This document shows, in pieces, positions 18,766 through 26,418 of a stretch of DNA of 32,000 nt (the stretch's first letter is position 1; each line of letters begins with the position of its first letter). The position numbers and the translations under genes are program-made. The notes below the pieces were generated by a model. The model did no database searches and was not told the DNA's origin. It worked only from the letters and a program-made list of their open reading frames with translations. Origin of the DNA: an uncultured Bacilli bacterium (GTDB taxonomy: Bacteria; Bacillota_I; Bacilli_A; RF39; UBA660); assembly GCA_947632415.1 (NCBI GenBank), contig CANRPB010000003.1, positions 1 through 32,000 on the forward strand, read 5' to 3'.

Positions 18766-19543
18766 TTATTTAAAGACAAATGTTATTTTCCTCAAACATC
18801 TAGATCAAAAAATAGAGACTCCTGTTATAGCGGGGGCTGGTGAAGCAGGCGGCCGCAAATTAACTTTAGTTCTTACAGAAGAAGCCGCGGCCCGCTTAAC
18901 GCCTTTAACTCAAATATATTTAAACTGGAAACATTTAGATGTACCTAACCTTAAAGGTTTTAATATATTCACGCAAGAAGAGCCTATAGAATTGTCATGC
19001 GGGAAATTGTATCCTGTTTGGTCTATTGGATGGCCCGCCGCAATGAAACAAGAAGGTACTGTTCTTGCGAATATTGTATTTTTAGATGAACAAAGTAAAG
19101 ATGAATCTAATTCATTTGAAATAGAAATATTATCAGATATAGCTGGTAGCGAAGATTTAATGAATGAAGAAGATTTTTCTTTATTTGAAGAAATGTTACT
19201 TAAAATGAATAAGCAACTTGATAAAATAGAAAAACAACAAAAACAAATAGAAACAACTCTTAAAAAAGTAGAAAAATTGCAAGAACAATTAAACCAAGCT
19301 CAAAAGAATTTAGAAACTTGGCAAAAAGCTGTAGATGAAGAAATAGATACTCTTGAAAACGAATGGTTAGAGTTCTTAGAAGATCTTGATAATAATTATA
19401 AATATCGTATAGAAAAATTAGAAAAACAAATGTACTTATGGTATTCATACCATGGTTTATCTTATTATCCAAGATTTGATACTACTAATATAATAGAACC
19501 AGGTCTACCAGAATATGATGATTGGAATTATAATGGAATATAA
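18758..19543 (+). CDS. coiled-coil protein, possibly BppU-like N-terminal domain
   Basis: 261 aa. The start overlaps the upstream stop. The C-terminal half is strongly coiled-coil (KQLDKIEKQQKQIETTLKKVEKLQEQL). The N-terminal resemblance to baseplate upper protein domains is a weak recollection. Confidence 0.45.
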   Translation: MINYLKTNVIFLKHLDQKIETPVIAGAGEAGGRKLTLVLTEEAAARLTPLTQIYLNWKHLDVPNLKGFNIFTQEEPIELSCGKLYPVWSIGWPAAMKQEGTVLANIVFLDEQSKDESNSFEIEILSDIAGSEDLMNEEDFSLFEEMLLKMNKQLDKIEKQQKQIETTLKKVEKLQEQLNQAQKNLETWQKAVDEEIDTLENEWLEFLEDLDNNYKYRIEKLEKQMYLWYSYHGLSYYPRFDTTNIIEPGLPEYDDWNYNGI

Positions 19544-20045
19544 AGTTATTTCTTCTGACATAGATTGTTATGATAAACCTAATCTTTTTACTGGTAAAAT
19601 TATAGATTCAAAATCAAATGGTGATATTATTAATTTAGATAAAACTAATTTAATTTCAGGGAATTATACATGGGGGATATATCAAGATTCAAATTACCCT
19701 GAATTATCTGTATATATCCCAATCAAAGATAATAATAGCAATGATATTTATCTCATTCCAATAGTAGAGAATGAAATAAACTTAATAGGCGGACTTGAAC
19801 CAGTTTCTATTACTGTAGAACCTGGGATATATGAAATAATTGTATCTAGTTTACATATACGTTCTGGTCCTAGTTTAAGCGCTCCTATTGTAGGAAAATA
19901 TGTTAAAGGTCAACAAATAAATTTAGTTAATTATTTTAATATTGCGGATGGCATGATATGGGGCAAATTTTATACATCAGGTAGGTTTGAAAGATATATA
20001 GCTGTTCGCAATACAAATGGAAAAGTATATGCTAAGAGGATATAA
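19533..20045 (+). CDS. SH3b-like domain protein
   Basis: ATG 19533 overlaps the upstream stop. The C-terminal IRSGPSLSAPIVGKYVKGQQINLVNYFNIADGMIWGKF resembles bacterial SH3 cell-wall-binding domains. Confidence 0.5.
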   Translation: MEYKVISSDIDCYDKPNLFTGKIIDSKSNGDIINLDKTNLISGNYTWGIYQDSNYPELSVYIPIKDNNSNDIYLIPIVENEINLIGGLEPVSITVEPGIYEIIVSSLHIRSGPSLSAPIVGKYVKGQQINLVNYFNIADGMIWGKFYTSGRFERYIAVRNTNGKVYAKRI

Positions 20046-20329
20046 TGAGTAAATTTGATGTAATTCTAATAATTATAGGATTATTTATTTTAGCTGCATG
20101 CGGAGCTGACTTTTGGTTAATTATTAATGATTATCCTGAATTTGGCGGTGGATTCTGGAGCGTAATTTTAGGAATAGCAACTGGCGAAGTTGTTTCATTT
20201 TCTATCTACCGCATGGTTAAACGTGTACAAGAAACTAAACTTCCCCGTGCTTTAACTGGCAAACATGCACTCATACAAGAAATGGAAGATACCGAAGAAA
20301 TAGAAGGAGTGAATACAGATGGAGCTTAA
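20045..20329 (+). CDS. holin-like membrane protein
   Basis: 94 aa with two predicted hydrophobic helices and a charged C-terminus. TAATG overlap with the upstream gene. Lies immediately upstream of the endolysin region. Confidence 0.55.
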   Translation: MSKFDVILIIIGLFILAACGADFWLIINDYPEFGGGFWSVILGIATGEVVSFSIYRMVKRVQETKLPRALTGKHALIQEMEDTEEIEGVNTDGA

Positions 20330-20618
20330 AAACAAATTAATGAGCCGCAAATTTTGGATGGCAGTCGCTGCGTTTCTTGCTTCTATTGGAAGTTCAATAG
20401 CTGGCTTTGCTACACAAAATGAAGTTTTAGCTACTGCTGGTATTATTTGTTCAGTAGTTTCTGCGGCTATTTATGCGGCTAGTGAAGCATATATAGATGC
20501 GGCTAGTGTTGAGGCTAACCAAAGTATTACAACTACTAATGTAACTGCTTCAAGTAATTCTAAAGAGACGGTAGAGAAGATTCTTACTCCTACTGTTGCA
20601 ACAGAAGTGGTAGAATAA
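20319..20618 (+). CDS. holin-like membrane protein
   Basis: 99 aa. SRKFWMAVAAFLASIGSSIAGF and AGIICSVVSAAIYAA hydrophobic helices. Overlaps the previous gene. Confidence 0.55.
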   Translation: MELKNKLMSRKFWMAVAAFLASIGSSIAGFATQNEVLATAGIICSVVSAAIYAASEAYIDAASVEANQSITTTNVTASSNSKETVEKILTPTVATEVVE

Positions 20619-20714
20619 TGGCAGAAGAATTAACTCAAATTTTTGATATACCTTTAAAAGAAGGTGAAGAAGCTACTCTAGCTACTGAAGAAGAATTATC
20701 ATGCGGAAGAGGGG

Positions 20715-21683
20715 ATGACGAAGATGAGTAATAGCTCTTTAGTAAGCTATACTAAACTAAGTCCTAACTATTCTAATCGTACAGAAAAAATTTCTAAAAT
20801 CACTGTCCATTATATGGCAGGCAATTTATCGGTAGAGACATGCGGCGAAGTATTTGCACCATCTTCAAGACAAGCATCTTCTAATTATGGTATTGGCTCT
20901 GATGGTCGAGTGGGTATGTATGTACCCGAAGATAAACGTGCTTGGACGTCTTCAAGTGCCTGGAATGACCAAAGAGCAGTAACTATTGAAGTTGCTAATA
21001 CTGATAGTTATGGTACTTTTACAACAGCTGCTTGGAATACACTTATTGATTTAGCTGTAGATATTTGTAAACGTAATGGAATTACTTCACTTAATTTTAC
21101 AGGGGATAAAAATGGTTCCGTTACTTGGCATTGTATGTTTTCTGCTACAAGTTGCCCAGGTCAATATTTTAAAAATAATACACAACGATTTGTACAAGAG
21201 GTAAATGTAAAATTGGCGCCAGCAAAACAACGTACACATAAATTACAAATTTGGGATTGGTCTAATAATACCAATCAAAAATTCTGGTATCGCTCATTAG
21301 GCAATAACTTATATGGCATTCGTTCAGTTGCTACTAATGAGTGGATTAGTGATCCAAATTCTTCAACAACTCAAACTGATGCAGAAACTTGGGGCGGAGC
21401 AGATAATGGTACTGCTACTGATGATCCAAGAGATCCACAAATTTTAGTATTTGAAAAAGTACATGAACTTGGCGGATATTATATTCATCCACAAGTTGCT
21501 CCTAATCTTTCATTAGATGTCGCGGGCGGTAGTACAACTAATGGTACCAAAGTACAATGGTATCCAAGTAATAAAACTCTCGCGCAAGAATGGCACTTTA
21601 TCCCTGCCGATGGAAATGCTTATTATATTATTAATGCGGCAACCGGCAAAGCCTTAGATATGAAAGGCGGGGGTTGGGTCTAA
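20715..21683 (+). CDS. endolysin: N-acetylmuramoyl-L-alanine amidase with a ricin-type lectin-like C-terminal domain
   Basis: Amidase_2/PGRP-like motifs (ITVHYMAGN, SSNYGIGSDGRVGMYVPEDKRAWTS, AVTIEVAN). C-terminal Q-x-W type repeats (LQIWDW, AQEWHF, LDVAGGSTTNGTKVQWY). The start may instead be ATG 20724. Confidence 0.8.
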   Translation: MTKMSNSSLVSYTKLSPNYSNRTEKISKITVHYMAGNLSVETCGEVFAPSSRQASSNYGIGSDGRVGMYVPEDKRAWTSSSAWNDQRAVTIEVANTDSYGTFTTAAWNTLIDLAVDICKRNGITSLNFTGDKNGSVTWHCMFSATSCPGQYFKNNTQRFVQEVNVKLAPAKQRTHKLQIWDWSNNTNQKFWYRSLGNNLYGIRSVATNEWISDPNSSTTQTDAETWGGADNGTATDDPRDPQILVFEKVHELGGYYIHPQVAPNLSLDVAGGSTTNGTKVQWYPSNKTLAQEWHFIPADGNAYYIINAATGKALDMKGGGWV

Positions 21684-21691
21684 AATAAGAA

Positions 21692-21727
21692 ATGGAGACC
21701 AGTCGAAGCTGGCCTCCATTTTTTTTA
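21692..21727 (+). terminator. rho-independent terminator of the late/lysis block
   Basis: atggagacc (21692-21700) pairs with ggcctccat (21711-21719) with one mismatch, followed by a T run through 21726. It starts 9 nt after the endolysin stop. Confidence 0.8.
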
Positions 21728-21768
21728 TGCGCGTGTAGGAAAACCGAAGCCCAAGTCGCGAAATTACG

Positions 21769-21795
21769 GTATTTGCCGCTTATAGCGGCAAATAC
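21769..21795. other. perfect 12-bp hairpin between the convergent blocks
   Basis: gtatttgccgct-tat-agcggcaaatac. No flanking U-tract on the plus strand. Role unclear. Confidence 0.5.
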
Positions 21796-21796
21796 T

Positions 21797-21829
21797 AAAA
21801 GGGGTAGTATGCAGAAAGCATACTACCCC
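21797..21829 (-). terminator. rho-independent terminator of the minus-strand block
   Basis: ggggtagtatgc (21801-21812) pairs with gcatactacccc (21818-21829) across a 5-nt loop. On the minus strand it is followed by TTTT (21800-21797). The resolvase stop codon (21823-21825) lies inside the stem. Confidence 0.7.
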
Positions 21830-22308
21830 TTTATTACTTTCTTCTCTATAAGTCCTGCGATTCCAATAGCAATAGAATCTGCTTCATCTTCTGTAACATC
21901 TTTATTAAATACTGTTTTTATCCATTGCACGCATCCCTGTTTCTGTTCTACACGAGTTTTACCAAATTTAACTCCATATTTATCGCTAATAACTTTGCGC
22001 CAATGTGATGGAAGCATTGCCGCGTATTTAACATCATTAAAATAGCACCATAATAAAATCGTTGCTTGTACAAATGCTAATTTTTTATATGTTTCTAAAT
22101 TAGGTTGTTTATAACAATCTTCAAAAAACAAATAATTAAAATTATATTCATTATGCAAATTATTAAGTTCTTGCCAAATTTGTCCTAATCTTTGCTCTAT
22201 TGGAGCCACACCATTTGTTTCCCAAGTACTAGTTTTAATTAATTTTCCTTGGTCGTTAAAAATACTCCAACCTGTAACTCTCAGAGCATTGTCTAAACTT
22301 AAATACAT
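21823..22308 (-). CDS. RuvC-like Holliday junction resolvase
   Basis: LSLDNALRVTGWSIF (first catalytic Asp), FFEDCY (Glu) and TEDEADSIAIGIA (D..D) match the RuvC catalytic motif order. Confidence 0.7.
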   Translation of the reverse strand: MYLSLDNALRVTGWSIFNDQGKLIKTSTWETNGVAPIEQRLGQIWQELNNLHNEYNFNYLFFEDCYKQPNLETYKKLAFVQATILLWCYFNDVKYAAMLPSHWRKVISDKYGVKFGKTRVEQKQGCVQWIKTVFNKDVTEDEADSIAIGIAGLIEKKVIKG

Positions 22309-22316
22309 AATAATCC

Positions 22317-22538
22317 TTATTTCTTATCGTATACTTCCTCAACTTTTTTTATATATTTTGTCCAATGTTGATTTTTAATATACGTGACATAGCAATCAGG
22401 ACAAATAATATAATGAGATGGCTTATGAGTTTCACGAGAAAGCTGCGGATGTTGCACTTTTAAATCTCGCCATAACTTATATTCATCTTTATGTTCTTTA
22501 TACGGCTTACCGCATATAGAACAATTAGGTAACTGCAT
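22317..22538 (-). CDS. small zinc-ribbon protein
   Basis: 73 aa with CSIC ... CPDC pairs. Confidence 0.5.
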   Translation of the reverse strand: MQLPNCSICGKPYKEHKDEYKLWRDLKVQHPQLSRETHKPSHYIICPDCYVTYIKNQHWTKYIKKVEEVYDKK

Positions 22539-22540
22539 AA

Positions 22541-23050
22541 CTATGCTCCTGTACTACCAAATCCTCCACGGTTAGCATTGCCAAGATTTTTTACTGATTC
22601 AAAAAGTAATTGCGGTTGTCTTTCCATAATACGGAATTGACACAATCTTGTATCTTTTGGAATGACAATTTCATCATCTCGTAAACCAATAACTGGCATT
22701 TGCCAAATATCATTATCACCACAATAGCTACTATCAATAATTCCGATATGATTAGCTTGAATAATTCCCCACTTTTTAAAGGTAGAAGAACGAGGAACAA
22801 GCCACGCTTCTGTGTTGGGAGGAAGTTGCATAGCCACACCAAGATTAACTAAAGTTAATTCTCCCTTTTTTACCGTAGTATCTTCATAAACGTATAAATC
22901 TACCCAATCACCTTTATCATTATGCTTTAATTCATGGGCTCCTTCTAAATATTTAATCCGCACCATGTGCCCAATAGTGATAATATCGTTTTCAGAAAGC
23001 TGATCTACGATAACTTGAAAAGGAAAATTTCCATTTGTATAAAATTCCAT
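22541..23050 (-). CDS. dut: dUTPase
   Basis: GIIDSSYCGDND (motif III) and the C-terminal RGGFGSTG (motif V) of trimeric dUTPases. Confidence 0.85.
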   Translation of the reverse strand: MEFYTNGNFPFQVIVDQLSENDIITIGHMVRIKYLEGAHELKHNDKGDWVDLYVYEDTTVKKGELTLVNLGVAMQLPPNTEAWLVPRSSTFKKWGIIQANHIGIIDSSYCGDNDIWQMPVIGLRDDEIVIPKDTRLCQFRIMERQPQLLFESVKNLGNANRGGFGSTGA

Positions 23051-23316
23051 TATTCTTCTACAATTCTACTCTTTTGAATATAATCAATATGATCTAAAGG
23101 ATAATCAGGATCAGCTAATTTATTAAATATAAATTTATATTTTACTTGATAATAAGTTTCATCTAATTTTTTATTATATTTCTCTGCCCATGAGAATGTT
23201 GCTAAAGTGCATCCAAGCTGTTCAGCTTCTTCTTGAATTTGTTTATGAAATTGTTCAACATCATCCATACTCTCTAGCCGCATCTCATTCGTAGAAGATA
23301 CTAGGAACTTAATCAT
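23050..23316 (-). CDS. hypothetical protein
   Basis: 88-aa ORF. Its stop overlaps the dut start. Confidence 0.45.
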   Translation of the reverse strand: MIKFLVSSTNEMRLESMDDVEQFHKQIQEEAEQLGCTLATFSWAEKYNKKLDETYYQVKYKFIFNKLADPDYPLDHIDYIQKSRIVEE

Positions 23317-23328
23317 TAATTCTCCTTT

Positions 23329-23595
23329 TTACTCCGCTATAAGTTTAACTCTACTATGCTCAAAATAATTTGATAATTTTTTATAAAGAGGTTCATAATA
23401 GTGTTTATTGCCTTTGATAACTACTTCATCTAATTTAGTCCTATTAAATAACGCGGGAAGCGGCATATCACTTAGTAGCGTAGGCATCCACATAGTACCT
23501 TGCTCAGCAATGCCTGCATTATCCATCAAAATATACTTAATTCCAATAGGAGAAGTAATTAATACTAGACTTGTCATTAAACAACCACCACCCAA
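23329..23595 (-). CDS. hypothetical protein
   Basis: 88-aa ORF in the same-strand packed block. Confidence 0.4.
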   Translation of the reverse strand: MGGGCLMTSLVLITSPIGIKYILMDNAGIAEQGTMWMPTLLSDMPLPALFNRTKLDEVVIKGNKHYYEPLYKKLSNYFEHSRVKLIAE

Positions 23596-23945
23596 TCATC
23601 ACATGGGAAAAATGCATACATATTTACTTGTCCATTATCTCTGCGAACCCAGCATTCAAAGAAATTTGAAGCATGAGAAAAAGCAATTTCTAAAATAACG
23701 CCTCTACTTTCAAGTACTTCTTTTATTTCTTCAGTAAGTTCAAATAATTTTTCGTGCTCCATATAAAAAATAGTATAGTCATTTAATTCTCTACAAAGCA
23801 ACATATAATATTTTTGTTGCGTAAGAGATGCCCATTCTGCACAATGCTTAAGTTCTTGTCGCAAAATAGGCTCTGCAGGCGGCTCAATATGTTGAAAAGC
23901 AGTTTGATTTAAACTATATGTAGTCCCAAGTTCTACTTCAGTCAT
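23577..23945 (-). CDS. hypothetical protein
   Basis: 122-aa ORF from an ATG behind aaagga, downstream of the promoter-like element at 23973-24001. Confidence 0.5.
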   Translation of the reverse strand: MTEVELGTTYSLNQTAFQHIEPPAEPILRQELKHCAEWASLTQQKYYMLLCRELNDYTIFYMEHEKLFELTEEIKEVLESRGVILEIAFSHASNFFECWVRRDNGQVNMYAFFPCDDWVVVV

Positions 23946-23972
23946 ATATAATCCTTTCTAATTTCTATAAAT

Positions 23973-24001
23973 ATTATACCATAAAATTTTTATTCATGCA
24001 A
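23973..24001 (-). promoter_or_regulatory. sigma-70/SigA-type promoter (TTGCAT, 17 nt, extended TG-n-TATAAT)
   Basis: Minus strand: TTGCAT (24001-23996), a 17-nt spacer ending in tgg, then TATAAT (23978-23973). The -35 element lies just 5' of the nrdG stop (23990-23992), inside the nrdG coding end. It sits 28 nt upstream of ATG 23945. Confidence 0.5.
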
Positions 24002-24470
24002 GTTATATATGACTTGATTAGAACTTCCGCGGAATTTCAATCCCAAATCTTTTAACTCTTCTATGAATGGTCCAGCTACTAAATAATCAATTTTGCTTAT
24101 TAAATCTTGCAGTAATTCATTTTTTTGTTTTTTAATATATTCATAAGTATAACCAGTATATAACCAAATTTTTATATCTGGCCGCTTATTTTTTATTTTA
24201 TCTAATAATTGATTAAGTTCATACCAATTAAAAGGCTCTAAAGGCTCACCGCCAAGGATACTAAATCTTTTTATAATGGGATTTTGTACATAAGATAATA
24301 TTTTCTCTTCTTCTATTGGAGTCCATACTTTTCCACTATCAAAGTCCCATGTTTCTGGTTGAAAACATCCTTTACAGCGAATAGAGCTAAGAGCAGCCTT
24401 GAACAAACAACGCAACACCTATTCCTTCTCCATTAGATATATCAAGCGGTCTGATCGTGGCATACCTCAT
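23990..24470 (-). CDS. nrdG: anaerobic ribonucleotide reductase activating protein, interrupted by a 7-nt insertion
   Basis: ATG 24470 gives MRYATIRPLDISNGEGIGVALFVQGCS-stop (stop at 24387-24389). The ORF 23990..24418 continues in another frame with SIRCKGCFQPETWDF ... LGGEPLEP. Removing 7 nt restores GCSIRCKGC, a canonical CxxxCxxC. Confidence 0.8.
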
Positions 24471-25366
24471 TAGCATCACCTCCTATAATAAAAGCGCTAG
24501 TTTCTAACAGTAAATCTTCTATTATTAAATTATTATAATGCCAATAAGGAATTCTAATAATTGGAATATTGTTATCAAAACAATATTGATTCTTAAATTG
24601 ATCTTTATCTTTAATTTTTTGTAAATCCATAGGAGTTCTTGCCCAAGTATTACTTTTGTAATGTTGTCGTCCGTCAAATTTAATGATATATTTATTATTA
24701 ACGTAAAAGTCAAAACGTAAAGATCTTTTAGGGTTATTGTAAAATAATTTAGGAGCATATTCTTGAATATAAGGAATATTTGCTTGATTTAATAATGTTT
24801 TAATTTTTTCTTCTCCTTTAGAAAAGGAAATACAACCACAACTAATAGTGCCATTTGTAATCAAATGACTGCCATATATATCTTTTAATTGTGCCACATT
24901 CGCATTTACAAGTATATTTCACCCCATTTATAACACGATCATTCCATGTTTGTGTTTGAGAAGGTTCGATAACTGTTAATAATCCAAATTTTTGACCAGA
25001 TAAATTATTTCTTAATTTTGTTTCCTTACATTGTGAGCTACCACAACTTTTTGTTTTTCCAGTTCTTAAATGATTTTTATAGACAGATAAAATTTTTCCA
25101 CAATTACATTGACAAATATATTTTTGGCTATTGTTTTCATCTTCTTTTAAAACCATTAATTTACCGAATCGTTTCCCTATATCATCTATTTTTTGAGCGC
25201 ACCCACAGCTTTTGGTGCGCCCTTTCCTTAGTTCTGATCCATAAATACTTTTTATAGTACCACAATCACATTGACAAATCCAGTATCCACGCTGTTTAGT
25301 ATTATCTCGTTTTAATACTGTCCATTTACCATATCTATGCCCTGTTTCATCTATTAATCTAGGCAT
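24442..25366 (-). CDS. free-standing homing-endonuclease-like gene, frameshifted
   Basis: Three repeats of G.(R/K)FG.L.V....C.C.CG....Y...L..G.(T)KSCG. The third repeat is split between ORF 24842..25366 (..KCECGTIK) and ORF 24442..24897 (DIYGSHLITNGTISCGC). One A fewer in the A4 run (plus-strand T4 at 24883-24886) joins them. The C-terminal LRFDFYV...IIKFDGRQHY resembles a Vsr/PD-(D/E)xK-like nuclease. Confidence 0.55.
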
Positions 25367-26418
25367 TAATAATCCTCTTCATTATGATCTGTCACATGAA
25401 TAAAGCGATGGAACATTTCATCAGCACGTCCTTCATTAAATGGGCTTGTTGAAATATACCCACATACCCTACGTGCAATATTCATTTTATCAAAATTGCG
25501 GTTTCCACATTGCGGGCATTCAAAATAATGTTTTCCATTTTCATCTTCATGTAAAATAATTTCACCCTCAAAACTGCATTCCATACAATTATCTAATTTA
25601 GTATTAAATTCACAATACATAATCTTATCGTACATAAACTTTAATAATTCTAAAATAATATCAAGATTATTTTGTAAATTAGTCGTTTCAATATAACTAA
25701 TACATCCGCCTGGACTAAGTTTTTGAAACTCAGCTTCTTTTTCAATCTTATCCCAAGGGGTAATAGGTTCTTCTACCCACACATGGTAGCTATTAGTCAC
25801 ATAATCTCTGTCTGTAATTCCTGGAATCACTCCAAAGCGTTCCTGCAATTTCTTAGCAAATTTATATGTGGTAGTTTCAATGGGCGTGCCGTATACTGAA
25901 TAATCTACTGGTTCTTGTTTACGCCACTCCATGCATTTATCATTTAAAAATTGTAAAGTTTTTAATGCAAATTCTCTACCTCTTGGTTGAGTATGGCTTT
26001 CTCCTACAATTATCATAGAGGTTTCATATAGTCCAACATAACCGATACTTGAAGTAAAGTGTTTTTCTGCAATTACTTGTCCTATAGTATCTTCTGCTTT
26101 TAATCTTGATAAAGCGCCATATTGCCAAAGAATAGGATTAACTTCTGCTGGAGTATCCTGCAGTCTTTCCCAACGTACTCTTTGTACATCATGACAAAGT
26201 TCTAATCGTTTTTCTAATATTTCAAAAAAGATATTTTCTAATTCCTCTTGATCTATTGGAGCTCCATCCATTCTTAAAAACATATTATTAAATTGCTCTT
26301 TTGCTGTTAATGCTGCGTCAATTAAATTAACAGTAGTTACTCCTATATTACCTCTGCCATAGAACTCTGGTTTGTTGGTCTCGGGATTGATATAGGTATC
26401 TGTAAGAAAAGATCTACA
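25366..26418 (-). CDS. nrdD: anaerobic ribonucleoside-triphosphate reductase, exon 2
   Basis: Begins CRSFLTDTY. Contains the Zn ribbon CMEC...CPQC and the glycyl-radical motif RRVCGYIS near the C-terminus. Confidence 0.85.
   Translation of the reverse strand, partial: CRSFLTDTYINPETNKPEFYGRGNIGVTTVNLIDAALTAKEQFNNMFLRMDGAPIDQEELENIFFEILEKRLELCHDVQRVRWERLQDTPAEVNPILWQYGALSRLKAEDTIGQVIAEKHFTSSIGYVGLYETSMIIVGESHTQPRGREFALKTLQFLNDKCMEWRKQEPVDYSVYGTPIETTTYKFAKKLQERFGVIPGITDRDYVTNSYHVWVEEPITPWDKIEKEAEFQKLSPGGCISYIETTNLQNNLDIILELLKFMYDKIMYCEFNTKLDNCMECSFEGEIILHEDENGKHYFECPQCGNRNFDKMNIARRVCGYISTSPFNEGRADEMFHRFIHVTDHNEEDY

Noticed and set aside
20618-20731. 37-codon acidic ORF (MAEELTQIFDIPLKEGEE...) filling the gap between the second holin-like gene and the endolysin, with a TAATG overlap
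   Set aside because: It is plausibly real given the coupling geometry, but it is too short and featureless to support. It also overlaps the preferred endolysin start.
21728-21800. G+C-rich intergenic stretch between the blocks, inspected for a tRNA gene
   Set aside because: No T-loop (GGTTCGAATCC-like) or cloverleaf arrangement is visible, only simple hairpins. I saw no tRNA or rRNA in the window.
21692-22045. 117-aa plus-strand ORF after the endolysin
   Set aside because: It starts inside the terminator hairpin, runs through all three hairpins and is antisense to the motif-supported RuvC-like gene.
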